DNA from: Sphaerodactylus townsendi
Taxonomy: Eukaryota
Direction of reading: 5' to 3'
Length of the DNA stretch: 64,000 nucleotides
NCBI RefSeq assembly: GCF_021028975.2
Contig: NC_059430.1
Span: 114,576,001 to 114,640,000, forward strand
Under the pieces are notes generated by a model that saw only the letters and a program-made list of their open reading frames with translations, was not told where the DNA came from and did no database searches. The translations under genes were made by a program, and so were the position numbers. Below, one piece after another: positions 35,611 through 48,381 of the stretch (positions within the stretch are counted from its first letter, which is position 1; every line of letters starts with the position of its first letter).

Positions 35611-35935
35611 GAAAGAAAGAAAGAAAGAGAGAAAGAAAGAAAGAAAGAAAGAGTTTGGATTTATATCCCCCTTTCTCTCCTGCAGGAGACTCAAAGGGGC
35701 TTACAATATCCTTGCCCTTCCCCCCTCACAACAAACATCCTGTGAGGTAGGTGGGGCTGAGAAAGCTCTGAGAAGCTGTGACTAGCCCAAGGTCACCTAG
35801 CTGATTTGTGTGGGAGTGTACAGGCTAATCTGAATTCCCCAGATAAGCCTCCACAGCTCAGGCGGCAGAGCTGGGAATCAAACCCGGTTCCTCCAGATTA
35901 GATACACAAGCTCTTAACCTCCTATGCCACTGCTG
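35611..35935 (-). mobile_element. Squam3-like SINE with expanded (GAAA)n tail
   Basis: Family consensus; microsatellite tail at 35611-35652. Confidence 0.85.
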
Positions 35936-38220
35936 AAGTTTTATTGGCAAAAATTCCCGAGGTTAAATCATCAGCTTCCCATATAATATATCAAACCTTA
36001 AAATAGATCGTGAATACCAAAATTAATACTCCAAACCACAGAGGTTAATGGAGGAAGGGAAAAAAATCGACCCTCAGTTAAACACAGCCTCCTCTGTCTC
36101 TTACTTCCCACCTGTTTTTAACAATCAGTTACTCGCATGAGGATGGACTGCCCCTTCTATCACTAAAGCCAGTAATAACCATTTTCAGGTGTCATTAGGC
36201 AAAGAACAAGATTGCAGGAGACAGTTCATCAGGTAGTCAACCCTCATGCAAGGCTGGCAGGAGTCAATCAGTTAGTCAACACCCCACAAGGCTGGCAGGA
36301 GTTTTGATGGTGCACTGAATGCTACATCTGGGCATCTCATGAGGCCACGGCCTCTGCCTGCAAACATATTTGCCCCTCCGCTGGGTACCATAAACCAAGG
36401 AAGGGCGAATCTGCTGGTGTAGGCCTGCGCTGCCTCCAGGAGTTGCTTCCCCCCACCCCACCGCACCCCTAAATCTTTAAGAATCTGTGAGTCTTTTTTC
36501 ATCAGTAAACAGTTAAGCATTAAAACTCTGGAAAATTCTTTATATTATTGTTTTTGTTGTGCTTTTCCTTTGTTATGCCTTAATTGGTGGTGGAAAATGC
36601 TGTTAAGTTTCAGCTGGTTTATGGGAACCCTGTAGGATGTTCAAGTCAAAAGACATTCAGAAGTAGTTTGCCAGTGACTGGGCTAAAGTTCACCCAGCAG
36701 ATTTCATGTGGAGAAATGGGGAATTGAACCCAGGTATTAATATTAGAGTCTACTCTTAACCAATACACCATGCTGGTTCTCTTCAATGCTTTCTTTACTG
36801 TCTTAATTAGTTAGTCTTTGCAGTATTGTGAAGACTCCATTTGTTTTGGCTGTAGTGAGCTAGCATAGCTACCATGTGGGAATTTATATTGATCTAAATA
36901 ACTATTTTTTCTCCTTTTGGAGCACTCACTTAATTTGGTGTGTATTACACCATTGATGTCAATTAGAACATGCAGTTCCTTTATACTAGCTCAGTTCATT
37001 GGTTTGTGTAGGTCAGTGTTGGCCACTCTTAGCATTGATTCGCCAGTCTTAGAGAAAAGTCTCTTCCATCACTTATTCCTTGGGATATTTTAAATGAGCA
37101 AAGACAGAGCATTTTAACTTTCCATGCAATACCTTCTCCCCATTAAAAACATACTTGCTAGATGGATAAGGTTATCTGAGCCTTGATATTTCAATTAATA
37201 ATTACCGGTAGGTATTAAAATCTCAGAACAGGAAGTGCCCAGTTATTCACAAACATGTCAGTATCTGGTGTTTTCCTTCTGGGTGATGAGGCCGCACCAT
37301 TGGTTTTGAAGAATTTCAGTACTTGTGGCAGAGCATGGGGCTAAGGAATCTAGAGTTCGTAGGGCCAAAAGGCAGCATTATTTGCCCAAGAGAAACATTA
37401 CTTCTATATTAATTTGCCTTAATCCTTCATCAGAAAACTGTTTCTTCACAAAAAGTTACTTAGGACATTGTCATTCACACTTGTAATAATAGTCTGACCT
37501 GAGGCTACAGTTCTAGATATTATTATTATTATTATTTGAATGTGCCATTGAATTTAGTCGCAAACTCAGTAAGCATGTCCTACATCCACTGAAAGTATTT
37601 ATTCACAATTTTTCCTTACCATTCTCATGTGTTTTGCAGGAACAATATATTACTTTAAATAATACCATGTCTTATAACAAGGAATTAGGAAGTGTAACTT
37701 CAGAACAGATCTGCACAACTCCCCCCCCCCCCCCCCCCCCCAGTTAGATGTCAAGTCCCCCTCAAGCATGTTGTAGCCTGCTAGGTATTTGACAAGTGCC
37801 CTTTTTTAAGGCAGCAAAAATAATCTGCTATACACGGCCAGCATTTTACATTCAGCCTGGTGGATCATTGTCTCAAGATATGCTTTGCGAAGAAAAAAAA
37901 TGCAGGGATTGAATTCTGTGTTCAGTTTGCAAAATAATTTTAGCTTTTTGCCAGCCCTCTTATGCCTTGGCGTGGAGGTCATGTGTATTACTTTTACAGA
38001 ATTGATGGCTGAGTTCAGCCCCTGATAGACAGTATGCATGGATGTGAAAACTGCAACTCTCACAACACAGATCTTGAATAGTAGCACTAAGGGCTGCAGA
38101 TCTACATGAGGGATGGATCAGTACCTTTGTACACTTCTCTGCTTTCTGCAGGTGGTCTTTACTGAGCTTTTTTTAAAAAAGGATGTTCCATTGCAATTAA
38201 TTAATATCATACCATTACAG

Positions 38221-38362
38221 GGAGAAAGAAAGAGAACAGCTAGCTAGTCTGAAAAAACATCATGAAGAGGAAATCAGTCACCATAAGGACGAAATAGAGC
38301 GTCTGCAGAAGGAAATTGAACGTCACAAGTACAAGATCAAGAAGCTGAAGGATGATGATTAA
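38221..38362 (+). CDS. ATP5IF1: ATP5IF1 exon 3 ([46 protein letters not shown])
   Basis: CAG acceptor, His-rich coiled coil of IF1, TAA stop; joined CDS 354 nt = 117 aa. Confidence 0.96.
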
Positions 38363-38469
38363 GTGGCTGGGGAATCGCGGTTGATGTGTTGCATATATGG
38401 CATCCCTTTGAAAATGGTGATGCCAGCCGACATTCAAGCATTTGCTGTTATCAGTGTGAAAATTTGTGA

Positions 38470-38475
38470 AATAAA
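38470..38475 (+). terminator. ATP5IF1 polyadenylation signal AATAAA
   Basis: About 110 nt after the stop, followed by T/GT-rich sequence. Confidence 0.75.
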
Positions 38476-38576
38476 AGAATTCACTCTCTTTACTGGTCAG
38501 TGTCTTTGCTGTGAATTGCTCGTTGCGTGACTATTCTGAATCACATTTAGCGGTTTGCAATATAGTTAATTGTCTT

Positions 38577-38745
38577 GATCTGGATGACCAAGGCTAGCCT
38601 CATCTCATCAGATCTTGGCTAGTAAGCAGAATCAGAATTGGTTAGCACTTGGATGGGGGACCACCGAGAAAATCCAGGGTCAGTGTCACTATGCAGAGGA
38701 CAGCAATGACAAATCACCTCTGTCTCTTGCCTTGAAAACCCTGCA
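38577..38745 (+). mobile_element. 5S rRNA-derived SINE
   Basis: Same 5S-like head and tail; further copies near 25840-26035 (-) and 31800-31930 (-). Confidence 0.75.
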
Positions 38746-41700
38746 TAGTTAATTACACTGAATGCTGGTCAACCCTTAGTTTATAGTGCTACATATAGGC
38801 TGCAGTTAAGGCACCTGTGTAGCCAAAACTTTCCTCCTTTGTGCCTCTTTACCTCTTAGCTATTGGTGGGGTGTTAAGTCATTTGTTTCTGTACCAGTGC
38901 AGTATAGGCACATACTGGAGACATGTGAATGCAAGAATATAAAAGCTACAGGGAGGACAAATTGTATTGATGACTTACAGTATTCAGAGAGCAACTTTTA
39001 AGTCAGGAGAATGTCTCCCGTGCTGCATTTTTAAATAATGGATTAGGCATTAACTGAGTTCTAAATTATGGATAAATATGTATATGCTGCTTGAAACAAC
39101 TTACCAAGGTGGAGAAAAAATGAACATAACAATTATCACTTATGAAACAAGACCTCAAGCAGTTGTCAGCCTAGAAGCAAACCTTAAAAATTGCTCAAAC
39201 CCTTGATTTAAAAATCTAGATCAAAAAGAAGGTTTTGGTGTGACTACTCAATAATATAAGGTAGCCCCCAGGAAAATCTTGAGGGGGAGCATATTCTGAA
39301 GGTGAGATGTCATAATTAAAAATTCTGCATTGGTAGCCATCTGCTTCACTTGGAGGCCAAGGACACAGAGCAGTGCTTAAGGAATCTCATAACTGGGAAG
39401 CTGGACAGTATGAGAGAGAATGGTCCTTAGCATCTTAAAGGTGAAAAACAGGACTTCAAATAGTGACTGGAACAAGATAATCTGTGTAGATGTGCCATCT
39501 AAAAGATGTTATCCTCTGTATCCAGCTTGCAAAAATAGCCTGACTGCCTCATTTTGCAAACTGTTTTCATTAGCAGCCCAATGTAATGCACATCACAGTA
39601 ATCTAACATAAATGTGCTCAGGACACGAATCACTGTAAACTAGTATTTCTGTTATTTTAAAAGGTATGTGCAGAATAAAAGCAGACTATTGGCGTGTGTA
39701 GGGGGGGATAGCATCTAGGACAGATGATGAAAAAAATTATGCTTCATTTATGTTCCTTTTTTATCCCTAATGACCATTCAAAGTCGCTTACATCATCCTC
39801 CACTTTATTCTCACAAAAACTCTATGAGGTATATTAGCGGGAAGAGTATGTGACTGGCCCAAAGTTCCCAGCAAGCTACCATGGCTGAGTGGGGATTCGA
39901 GCCTGGATCTCAGATACTAGTCTGACATTCTAACCACTATACAACATCAGCTGTCTCATAAGCATCTGTGTACCCACTCAGTTGCCTTCAAAGATGCTAT
40001 GGCTGCAACTCTGCAAGCATGTCAGTCTGTCAGATCTCTAATGCAAAACCAGGTATGATTTCAAAAGAACTTTGTTGCAGATGCTGGCTTATTGCTCAAA
40101 TGCTATTTCTGGGATTTTTATATTCAAACTTTAACATAGGCTCTGTAGTTAAAATGAGGGCTGCAGTTTTCTGTGCATAATGCGTTACTTTTTGCATCTT
40201 ATGTAGCTGTAATTTCAATTTCAAAACCTGTGTGAGTTTTTACAAAATTCAAAGTTTTCATAATCTGTGGGATTAATATATTGCCTGGAACTTCTTCAAA
40301 GGTGCTTGGCATAATTGTGGATTGCGATATGTAGAATGCTGTCTCTTGCATTGCTTGACACTTAGAGTGTGTTTGAAAAAAAGAAATCCCACCCCCCCCC
40401 CTGTGTTTTTGGGGTATGTATGCTTACCTCCTAATTAATACCCTGCATACAGGTGCTATCCCAACAAAGTGTGCCAAAATTAGTTTTTAAAGTGGCATGA
40501 GAATAATGTAAGAAAGACTTGGTTCACAATAACTATTGTGAACCAATTACTATTGTGAACCAGTGAAACTATTACTTGCTAATCTCAGAGTTGGAAAGGA
40601 CCACTGATGCCATCTAATGTGATAGTGGCATAGCTATGATATCAATATGTTCTTGCTGAGTTGCAAGTAAACAGAGTTCAAGCACTCTTGAATTATCAAT
40701 GAACCTTGCAGGAAAGTTAGATTGTTTTTTAATAGCTGTTAATAGTTGAGACTGGCCTTGTCTTGCTACATCAGATGTAACATCGTGTGCAAATGTCAAT
40801 TGGCTTATTTGCATTTATGTTGATTGGTTCATAACTAATAGCCCAATCCAGATGTGGGGATGAATGTCCTCAGGGAGTGGCAAAAGGGGCACCACCAGCG
40901 TCAGCAGAGAAGGCTGACGTGCTTGCAGTCAGCTGCCCCTCAGCTCCACAGTGGCAAAAGCTGGAAGTTCGGGCATAGAGGAAGGGGCTCCCAGGGTGTT
41001 CTTGGGTGTGGTGGGCTTGGGCATTCCACCCCAGGTTTGTGGCTGATTGAGCCACTGCCCAGGTCCTAGACACCACCCTTTTGGGTGGCTTAAGTCCACT
41101 GAGCCCTGTGGAGAACTTTCTAGCAGCGGGTGTCTTCTTTGGCTTTTGCCACCTCTCTGCACTGCCAGGAAAGCCCTCTATCTGGTTGTGATATTTGCTA
41201 CTTGTATGAGGTAACCAGTTATTTGATATTTCTCTATAAATGTGCACTCCTAGCAAATTGATGGAATTCTCTGAAAATGACTAGGTGAGATAACTGGGGT
41301 TTTGTTCAATAATCCCTAAAAAGCAATGAGACAGCCTGAAACCTGAATTGCTTTTAAAACTATTACTTGCTTTAATATGATTGAGCAATGCTAGGAACTT
41401 TGCTAATTCTTGCCTTTATCTTCACAGTAATTGTAGGGTTTATTTTTTCTGTCTTCAGTAACAAGACTATTTTCTTATCTCAATAAAAGACAGAAGTTTC
41501 TACTAGTTTTCTGTCTGGTTTGTGGGTTAATAGTTCCAAGAACCAAGCTCACTTCCCTTACTCTTCATCATTAATCTTTATTACAGTCATAAGACTAGAA
41601 TAAGGTTAATAAAATAAAACTAAAAGGATCAGGTATATTAAAACAGTAAATATATATCTAACAAGAAGAAACAAAACCTACTGGTAAAAAGAAATTGGGA

Positions 41701-41779
41701 ACACAAAAAAGTATGTGAACATAAAGGAGATAGGATAAAAGCATAAATACTAAAAGTAAAGGGAATACAAACTCTAAAA

Positions 41780-42167
41780 CAGGGGTAGGGAACCTGCGGC
41801 TCGAGAGCCGCATGCGGCTCTTCTGCCCTCGCACTGTGGCTCCCCGAGCCGCCGGCCCCATCCTTGCCCGCCCTGCAGGCAGCAGGGCGGGCGCACCAAC
41901 TGCCCACGGTCAGCTGGGCCGCGCCGCGGGCTTCCCCTCTCGCCCGCCCCGTTGGAGCGGGGCGGGCGCTTTCCCAGCGGCCGGTGAGGCCAAGCTGCCG
42001 GCTTCATCCTTGCCCGCCCTGCAGGCAGCAGGGCGGGTGCATCCATGCGCTTCTCAGAATGAGCCGAGTAAAAGGTAAAAAAACCCCCTATATATATAGT
42101 GCTATCTTTATTTAAAATGTCAAAAATTATTTGCGGCTCTTTGAGTGTTAAAGGTTCCCTACCCCTG
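41780..42167 (+). mobile_element. hAT MITE with GC-rich interior
   Basis: TIR CAGGGGTAGGGAACCT / AGGTTCCCTACCCCTG; perfect 8-bp TSD CTCTAAAA. Confidence 0.92.
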
Positions 42168-43674
42168 CTCTAAAAGAATTATAAAAAGGTGAATAGGCAT
42201 AGGGGAACAATGAAAGGGGTAAACTGGATCCTTACGCCCTTTTGTATTATCAGAACTAAAAGTTCTCTACTGGAAGCATGTTTTTTGAATACCTGCCATG
42301 GAGCTGTTCGGGAATGTAGCATGCGGGGATAGAATCCTGCATTAATTAGGTTAACAAAAGGGTTCTAATGGATACTGTGGACAGCTTTCATTAACATGTT
42401 GATTTAACTGTAATCGTGTTTGAGCACATGTGTGGGTCTGTCCACTCTTTGCAAATTTTTGCCCTTTTTCAAATGAACATCACTGCAGAAAATGCAAATC
42501 AATGGCTACTGTGGTTTTCCTGTGAATGATTTGATCTTATACAGGCAGCAAAATGCGGCGGCAGATTACTACTTCACAGTACAAGTGTAGGGGAGTCTTT
42601 TTTTTTAATCAAAGAGAAGATCAAAATTTTGCAAGTCAAAAGGTATCCCAGCAGGACACAAGACATGCTGGCTAGCATCCTCCCCACAATGATATACTAT
42701 TTCTAGAGAGCACTGCAACAACAACAACAAAAACAGTGTTCCATCAGTCTAAAAGTATGGACCATTTTACAAGGTAAGGAAAATTGAGAGGGTTGAAAAT
42801 AGTTTAGATGTATTATTTATTTACTTCATTAGTACTCTGCTTTTCTCCCCACTACAACCTTGTGAGGTAGGTTCAGCAGAGAGTATATGACTGGCCTAAG
42901 ATCATCCAGTGTGCTACAGCAGAGAGGGGATTTGAACCTGGGTTTTCCAGGTCCTAGCATGACATTCCAACCACTACACCCCACTCGCTTTCTGAACAAC
43001 CATGCCTTTACAAAAAAACAAACAAAAAAGATTTTGTAGACCACCGAGCCTTTCCATTTTGTAGCCAGCACTGGGTAAACTAACAGCGGAGCTGCCCTCC
43101 AAATTACAAGGAAAGAACAATGTTTTTCCAAGCATGTTTATGTGCATGTATTGGTTTGTTGCCTGCAAAATATCTGATTTCCTTGCAGCAGATATGTTGG
43201 TAGAAAGAAAAATGATTTACAGCACAACAAGCTAAGCAGGTTGGAGTCAGTGCAGTGTTGAATTCCTGTCAAACCAGATGTGCTAGTGGGGAAAAACACA
43301 TTTGGCTCCCTTGTCATTAGCAAGGGTGGTGTATGCCATGCATAATAAAATGATTGTCTGTGACTGAGATTGTTGGCCTGAGGCCTCAAGAAAAAGAAGC
43401 AACAATGGTGCTACAGACAATAATCAGAGAATCTGACTGTAAACATGTGTTTGTTTATTGTTAAAACCAGTAACTGGTTTTCATTCCTGTGACTCATGAA
43501 CCTTTTTTACAGTGCGGTCCACAGGGGGTGGAGGTGAGGGCTGAAAGAGTTGTAGAAGTGTCCTAAGGGTGCACCCGCACAAGTGCCACATATGCTGGCG
43601 CAAAGGGAAAGTACACTGGGGACTGGGTGCTATGCTGCTGCGTGGTGCCAGATTGCAGAAACTGCACTGGAGCT

Positions 43675-43909
43675 CCAGTCTAATCTGCAGAGCTGGGTTT
43701 GATTCCCCACTCCTCTACATGAGGCACAGGGACTCTTATCTGGTGAAGTGGATTGGTTTGCCCACTCCTACACATGAAGCCTGCTGCAGTAGTTCAGAAG
43801 CATCAGCCCGCCCACCTCACAAGGTGTCTGTTGGGGGGAAGAGTTTGTAAGCCGCCTTGAATCTCCTTAGGTTTGAGAAAAGCGGGGTACAAATCCAAAC
43901 TCTTCTTCT
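43675..43909 (+). mobile_element. Squam3-like SINE (internally deleted)
   Basis: B box GGGTTTGATTCC and family 3' end. Confidence 0.7.
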
Positions 43910-44059
43910 AGTTGACGGTTAATTCCAACAGTGAAAAGCGCATCCATTTATTATCTATCATTCCTGAATATTTTCATTTGATTTCTCCTATTCCAACCCA
44001 TTCAGGGGACGCAGATTTCATCTCCCTCCAACCTCAAAAACAGGGCTTCAGTTGCCCTT

Positions 44060-44960
44060 CCCGCCCGTTCTTTGTCTCCTTCCCTTGAATGGGAAAAGCG
44101 GGAAGGAGCCGCTTCTTTAAATACCCGGATCTTCATTCACTCCCTTCCCACACCGGCGCGCCACGACTTTTTTTTAATCCTTCAACCCGATTGGCGAGAA
44201 GCCTTCCCGCTTTGGATTGGACGCGGCATCCCCCGTCTCGTCCCGCCTGCGCCTCCCGATAGGCCCCGCTCGCTGCCTTTCCGCCACGCCGCCCTGGGGT
44301 TGGCTGCCGGCCGCCAGTCCCTGGAAACAGTTCCGGGAAACCCCTCGCGTCGCCGGGGTCGCTCTTGCTCGCCCATGAGGGAAGGGAAGAGGAGGAGCGC
44401 GCGCCATTTGCAGCCGCCGCTCCCGCCGTGCCGCGCAGGGCCCGCTCCGGTGAGTCCCGTTGGGGCCGCTCGGCCCGGGCCGCGAAGGCGGGAAAGGAGA
44501 GGGGGAAGGCCGGCCGCCGGCGGGGGCGGGCGAGGGAAGGGGCGGGAAGGCTGACCGCCAGTCACAGGCCCCGGCGCGGAGGCCGCCTTTTGTTGCCGCG
44601 TCGCGCCTGGGCGGTGCAGGCCGCGCTTCACGGCTACGGAGGTGGCCCAGGTGGGTGCCCTTCGCCGGACCTCCCGGATTGGGGGAGGCCTCCGCAACCG
44701 GGATCAGCAGCGCAACCGGGACCAGCAGCGCTCCGGATCGATTCCGAGGCGGCTGTTGCTGTGCGTGGTTTGTCCCCCCCCCCCCATCTGGATTGGATCC
44801 GGAGTATAAACAAACCCCGTGTGAACGGCTTCTGCATCGTTTTGGCGGGCCCGCCTTCTTTTTCCAAGCTCACCATTATTGGGGGCCGTTGGGGAAAAGT
44901 GGGTTCGCTCCTTCCCGCGCGCACGCCCACTCGGCAGCTCCCATGCGAGGTCTTTGGGAT
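44060..44960. promoter_or_regulatory. HNRNPR CpG-island promoter
   Basis: Very GC/CpG-rich; GATTGG (CCAAT) boxes near 44190 and 44216; YY1-like GCGCCATTT at 44401. Confidence 0.8.
44385..44449 (+). other. HNRNPR: HNRNPR probable non-coding exon 1 (5' end approximate)
   Basis: Consensus donor CCG|GTGAGT at 44449/44450 inside the CpG island upstream of the coding exons. Confidence 0.6.
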
Positions 44961-45236
44961 ACAATCCTGTTGCACGCTTTTACTTAGGAGTAAAAAAAGA
45001 AATAAACACATAATAGGGGTTTAACTCCCTAGGTTTTTTTTTAAAAAGGTTTGCACGCTGCCAAACGCGACTTTTGTCCCAGGAAAGAGAAGGGAAAACA
45101 TTGATTTACATTTCTGCCTTTGTGTGTTGGGTTTTTTTAAAATAGTTTGCATGCCTTTCCTGAGCAGCTGCAGTTAATTTGTTGTTTTAGCCCTATCTCC
45201 CCCCCCCCCCCCCCGAAATCAGCAAGTTCGAAGCTA

Positions 45237-45367
45237 TTTGATTGATTCTTTGTGGTTCTCTAGTTTAGGGGTGTAAGAAATAGCAAATCGGATTGTATAC
45301 TTTTGATTGATTCTTTGTGGATCTCTAGTTAAGGGCTGTAAGAGAGAGCCAGTCGGATTGTATACTC
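45237..45367. repeat. Diverged ~65-bp tandem duplication in HNRNPR intron 1
   Basis: TTTGATTGATTCTTTGTGG.TCTCTAGTT.AGGG.TGTAAGA...TCGGATTGTATACT x2. Confidence 0.85.
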
Positions 45368-47320
45368 TTAGTTATGGTTTTGTACTGTGGGGGTAAGAGG
45401 CAGGGGATGCTTTGGAGATTGGGAACAGTCATGCTTGTCTTTAACGAAAGTATTGGCGGTTCACTAGAATAGCCTTAACCGTTTGTGAAGCCTGTCAGCC
45501 AGCTTCCTGTAACATGTGCTGCTTTTGAGAAGGCTTTGCAAAGTCCCATGTCATATGTCGCATTCTCGATGTGATCCTTGAAATGCCTCAGTTTTACTCG
45601 TGTTCACGGCAGTAGTGCTAGGTTGCATCTGATCATTTGACACATGTGTTGATTGTAGGGAGAGGAGGTTGCTTTGCACTAAGTGGCTTGCTGACTTTTG
45701 TTTTGGGGAGGGTGGGAGAGGGTCTGCAGGTTCAGTGGTAGAGCATTGCTTTGCAGGCTGAGAGCCCCCGTTTCAGTCTTCAGCATCTGCAGCTAAAACG
45801 GCTGGGCAGCATGTGATGAGCAACATCTGCTTGTGACCCTGAAGGGTCACTGATAGTCAGAGTGGATGATTCCAAATGGGTATAAGGGAAGCTCATGCTG
45901 TATTGTCATTTTAGTGCCTGCACAGTTTGCCAACATATTTTCTGTACTAATGCACGATGATCTCTCTATTTAGATCTGAAGGGTTGGAGCCGAAGCTCCT
46001 TGTGACTCTTGATGTGGGCATCAAAAGATCCGAATGCAGTCTAAAATAAAGCAGAGTTAAATGTGTATATTTGTATACAAATAATGAAGCTGTATCGTTT
46101 GCTGTTTCCAGGAAAAGTTCCTTGACAAAATAATTCTTGGTTATGGTTCTGAAAGTGCATTTACAGATTTATCTGCTAAAATGGAGATCAGTAGTATTGT
46201 ATTATATGCATACCCTTCTTTTGGTAGTGATTTGGCTATGTCACAGCAGAGCTGCACTGTTACAACTGCTATATAAATTATTATTTGTGTCTCTCTTCAA
46301 GGTGATTAGCTTGAAAGTGTATGCAGGTTAATTTGGAAACGACAAATCTGTCTTGCTGGTTTTTCTACTGTAAAAGTAAAATACCATCTTAAGAAACAAG
46401 TATGCTTTCATCTTTATTGATTGGACTTTATTGATTGAACATTAGAGTAATTTAATGTAATGTCTATTTTGCTAAGTTCTGTCAGTACAGGGAAAATGGA
46501 AAAAAAACATTTAAACAACAGATCAATTTCATGTTACTTTGCATTTTGGGGTAGAAGCACATTTACTGTCTTATCTTGCTTAAGAAGTGACAGAACTGGA
46601 TGGTTATATTCAATTATGGTTATATTCAAGTATATTCATACTCGGTTGTAAACCTCAGTGAATACTGGGAGTTTTCTGTAGATCTGCTTAGGGTCATGCT
46701 GAAGGGGGCCTTGCTATGCTGTCAGGTTGTTTACCTCCAAATACTGTACTGTGCTGACTGTCATAGAAGGGATATGTTAGCTGGCGTCCTATCCAGTGTG
46801 AAACAATGTCTTAGATTTGAGAGCAATAACTCACTGTATTATTGTATGGGGTTCCATGGGATAACCAGGACATATACCAAGATGGACAAGATATATCTGC
46901 AGAAGAAACATCTTAACACAAGTCCCTTCCTGAAGATAATCTCTCTAAATTGAGCTCTCTAGTTTACAACGACCTTCTCAGGTTTGCAGACTACAGACTT
47001 TGATTGCCCAAACGTGAGTTAGGGTCAGTAGATCTCTGAGAAAAACATCTAAGTACTTGTGATGAAATAGAACATTTGCGCAGCACCAGTATAAAGAGAC
47101 CATGAAGTAAGTGATACTATGATGACAGGTTAGAAAGTAGGCAATTGACTAGTTTGCCCATGGCAAAAGCAAAGATAAAGTGTTGTCCATCTTATTTGGG
47201 AAATGGGCATTTTGAATATTGTAGCTAATTATTGTTTGCCACCAACCTGTCCCTCTCTAATTTTCTCTGACATGATCAGAACAGTGGGGTGCTATATTAG
47301 AGGTTCTCCTTGGTAACTAA

Positions 47321-47460
47321 GGCCCCTTCTGCACACGCAAAATAATGCGTTTTCAAACCACTTTCACAACTGTTTGCAAGTGGATTTTGCTATTCCGCAC
47401 AGCTTCAAAGAGCACTGAAAGCAGTTTGAAAGTGCATTATTCTGCATGTGCAGAATGAGC
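47321..47460. mobile_element. PIF/Harbinger-like MITE
   Basis: About 38-bp imperfect TIRs (GGCCCCTTCTGCACACGCAAAATAATGC / GCATTATTCTGCATGTGCAGAATGAGC) flanked by TAA/TAG. Confidence 0.7.
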
Positions 47461-48179
47461 TAGAGTGTTGTGTTTTGGAGGCATGCGGAACCTCTGACAT
47501 TTGAGACAAGGACAGAGAGATGGACATTGTCTGGAATTTGCTTGAATCTGCACTGCAGATTCCACAGTATGTTCTTGAGTACTTTGAAATCAAATGAAGA
47601 GCATCCCTTTTTCCTGAGTTCATATTTTGGGAATAAGTGGTATCTATCTATGGTTTTGTGCTGCCCCTTTGAAAGTTTCTAGTACCTTGGAAATGAGGTG
47701 AAGGATGAGGTAGCTACTAAGGGTGGGGAGAAGGTCTGTTTGTGTGGTGACCATGATGCAGGAACTTGTGGACTGTTGCGTGTGGGATGCAACTATTGGT
47801 AACATGCAGTAATCTGTTTGAAGCTGGCCTTGTCTTATGGTAGTAATACCAAAACAGAAGGCTGAGAAGAAGATCCTGATATATTAACATCTCTCTGATA
47901 CATTTCCTAGAGTGGGCTTTGTTTTGAAGTGTGCTGTTTATCATACTTTGAAAAGAAGACACCCAATGAGCATTTTCACAGAAAGGCAGAGTAGAAATTG
48001 AATAAATGCAAGAATAGTTTGGTTAGGACATTGTATTTGAATGTAAACCTTACTTTTGACTGAGCGGGTGGTTCTAAATGTTTGTAAACTTTAGTGTGGG
48101 ATGAGTCCCTCCTCTCTTTAGTGGTGTGAACTGAAGCCACAACAAACTTTGCAGCCTGTGAATTTTCCTGTTTCCTGAT

Positions 48180-48381
48180 TGTGGTGGATTTTCCAGGCTG
48201 TGTCCGAAGTCTGGTGGATCTTGTTCCTAACGTTTCGCCTGCATCTGTGACTGGCATGTTCAGAGGTGTATCACAGAGGGAAGTCTGTTACACACTGTGT
48301 CCAGATCCACCAGACCACGGCCACACAGCCCGGAAAACCCACACAGCCAGTTGAATCCGGCCGTGAAAGCCTTCGGCAATA
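48180..48381. mobile_element. Penelope-like element remnant with minimal hammerhead-like motif (48226-48266, - strand)
   Basis: - strand reads CCT-CTGAACA-TGCC...GGC-GAAACGTT-AGG; partially inverted structure. Confidence 0.7.

Noticed and set aside
44072-45024. Several overlapping 125-219 aa Arg/Gly/Pro-rich ORFs
   Set aside because: Expected from stop-codon depletion in the HNRNPR CpG island.
45974-46065. Extra 5' UTR exon of HNRNPR
   Set aside because: Plausible acceptor but only a weak donor and no other support.
47055-47150. Possible C/D-box snoRNA (two RTGATGA motifs) in HNRNPR intron 1
   Set aside because: No suitably placed CTGA D box or terminal stem.
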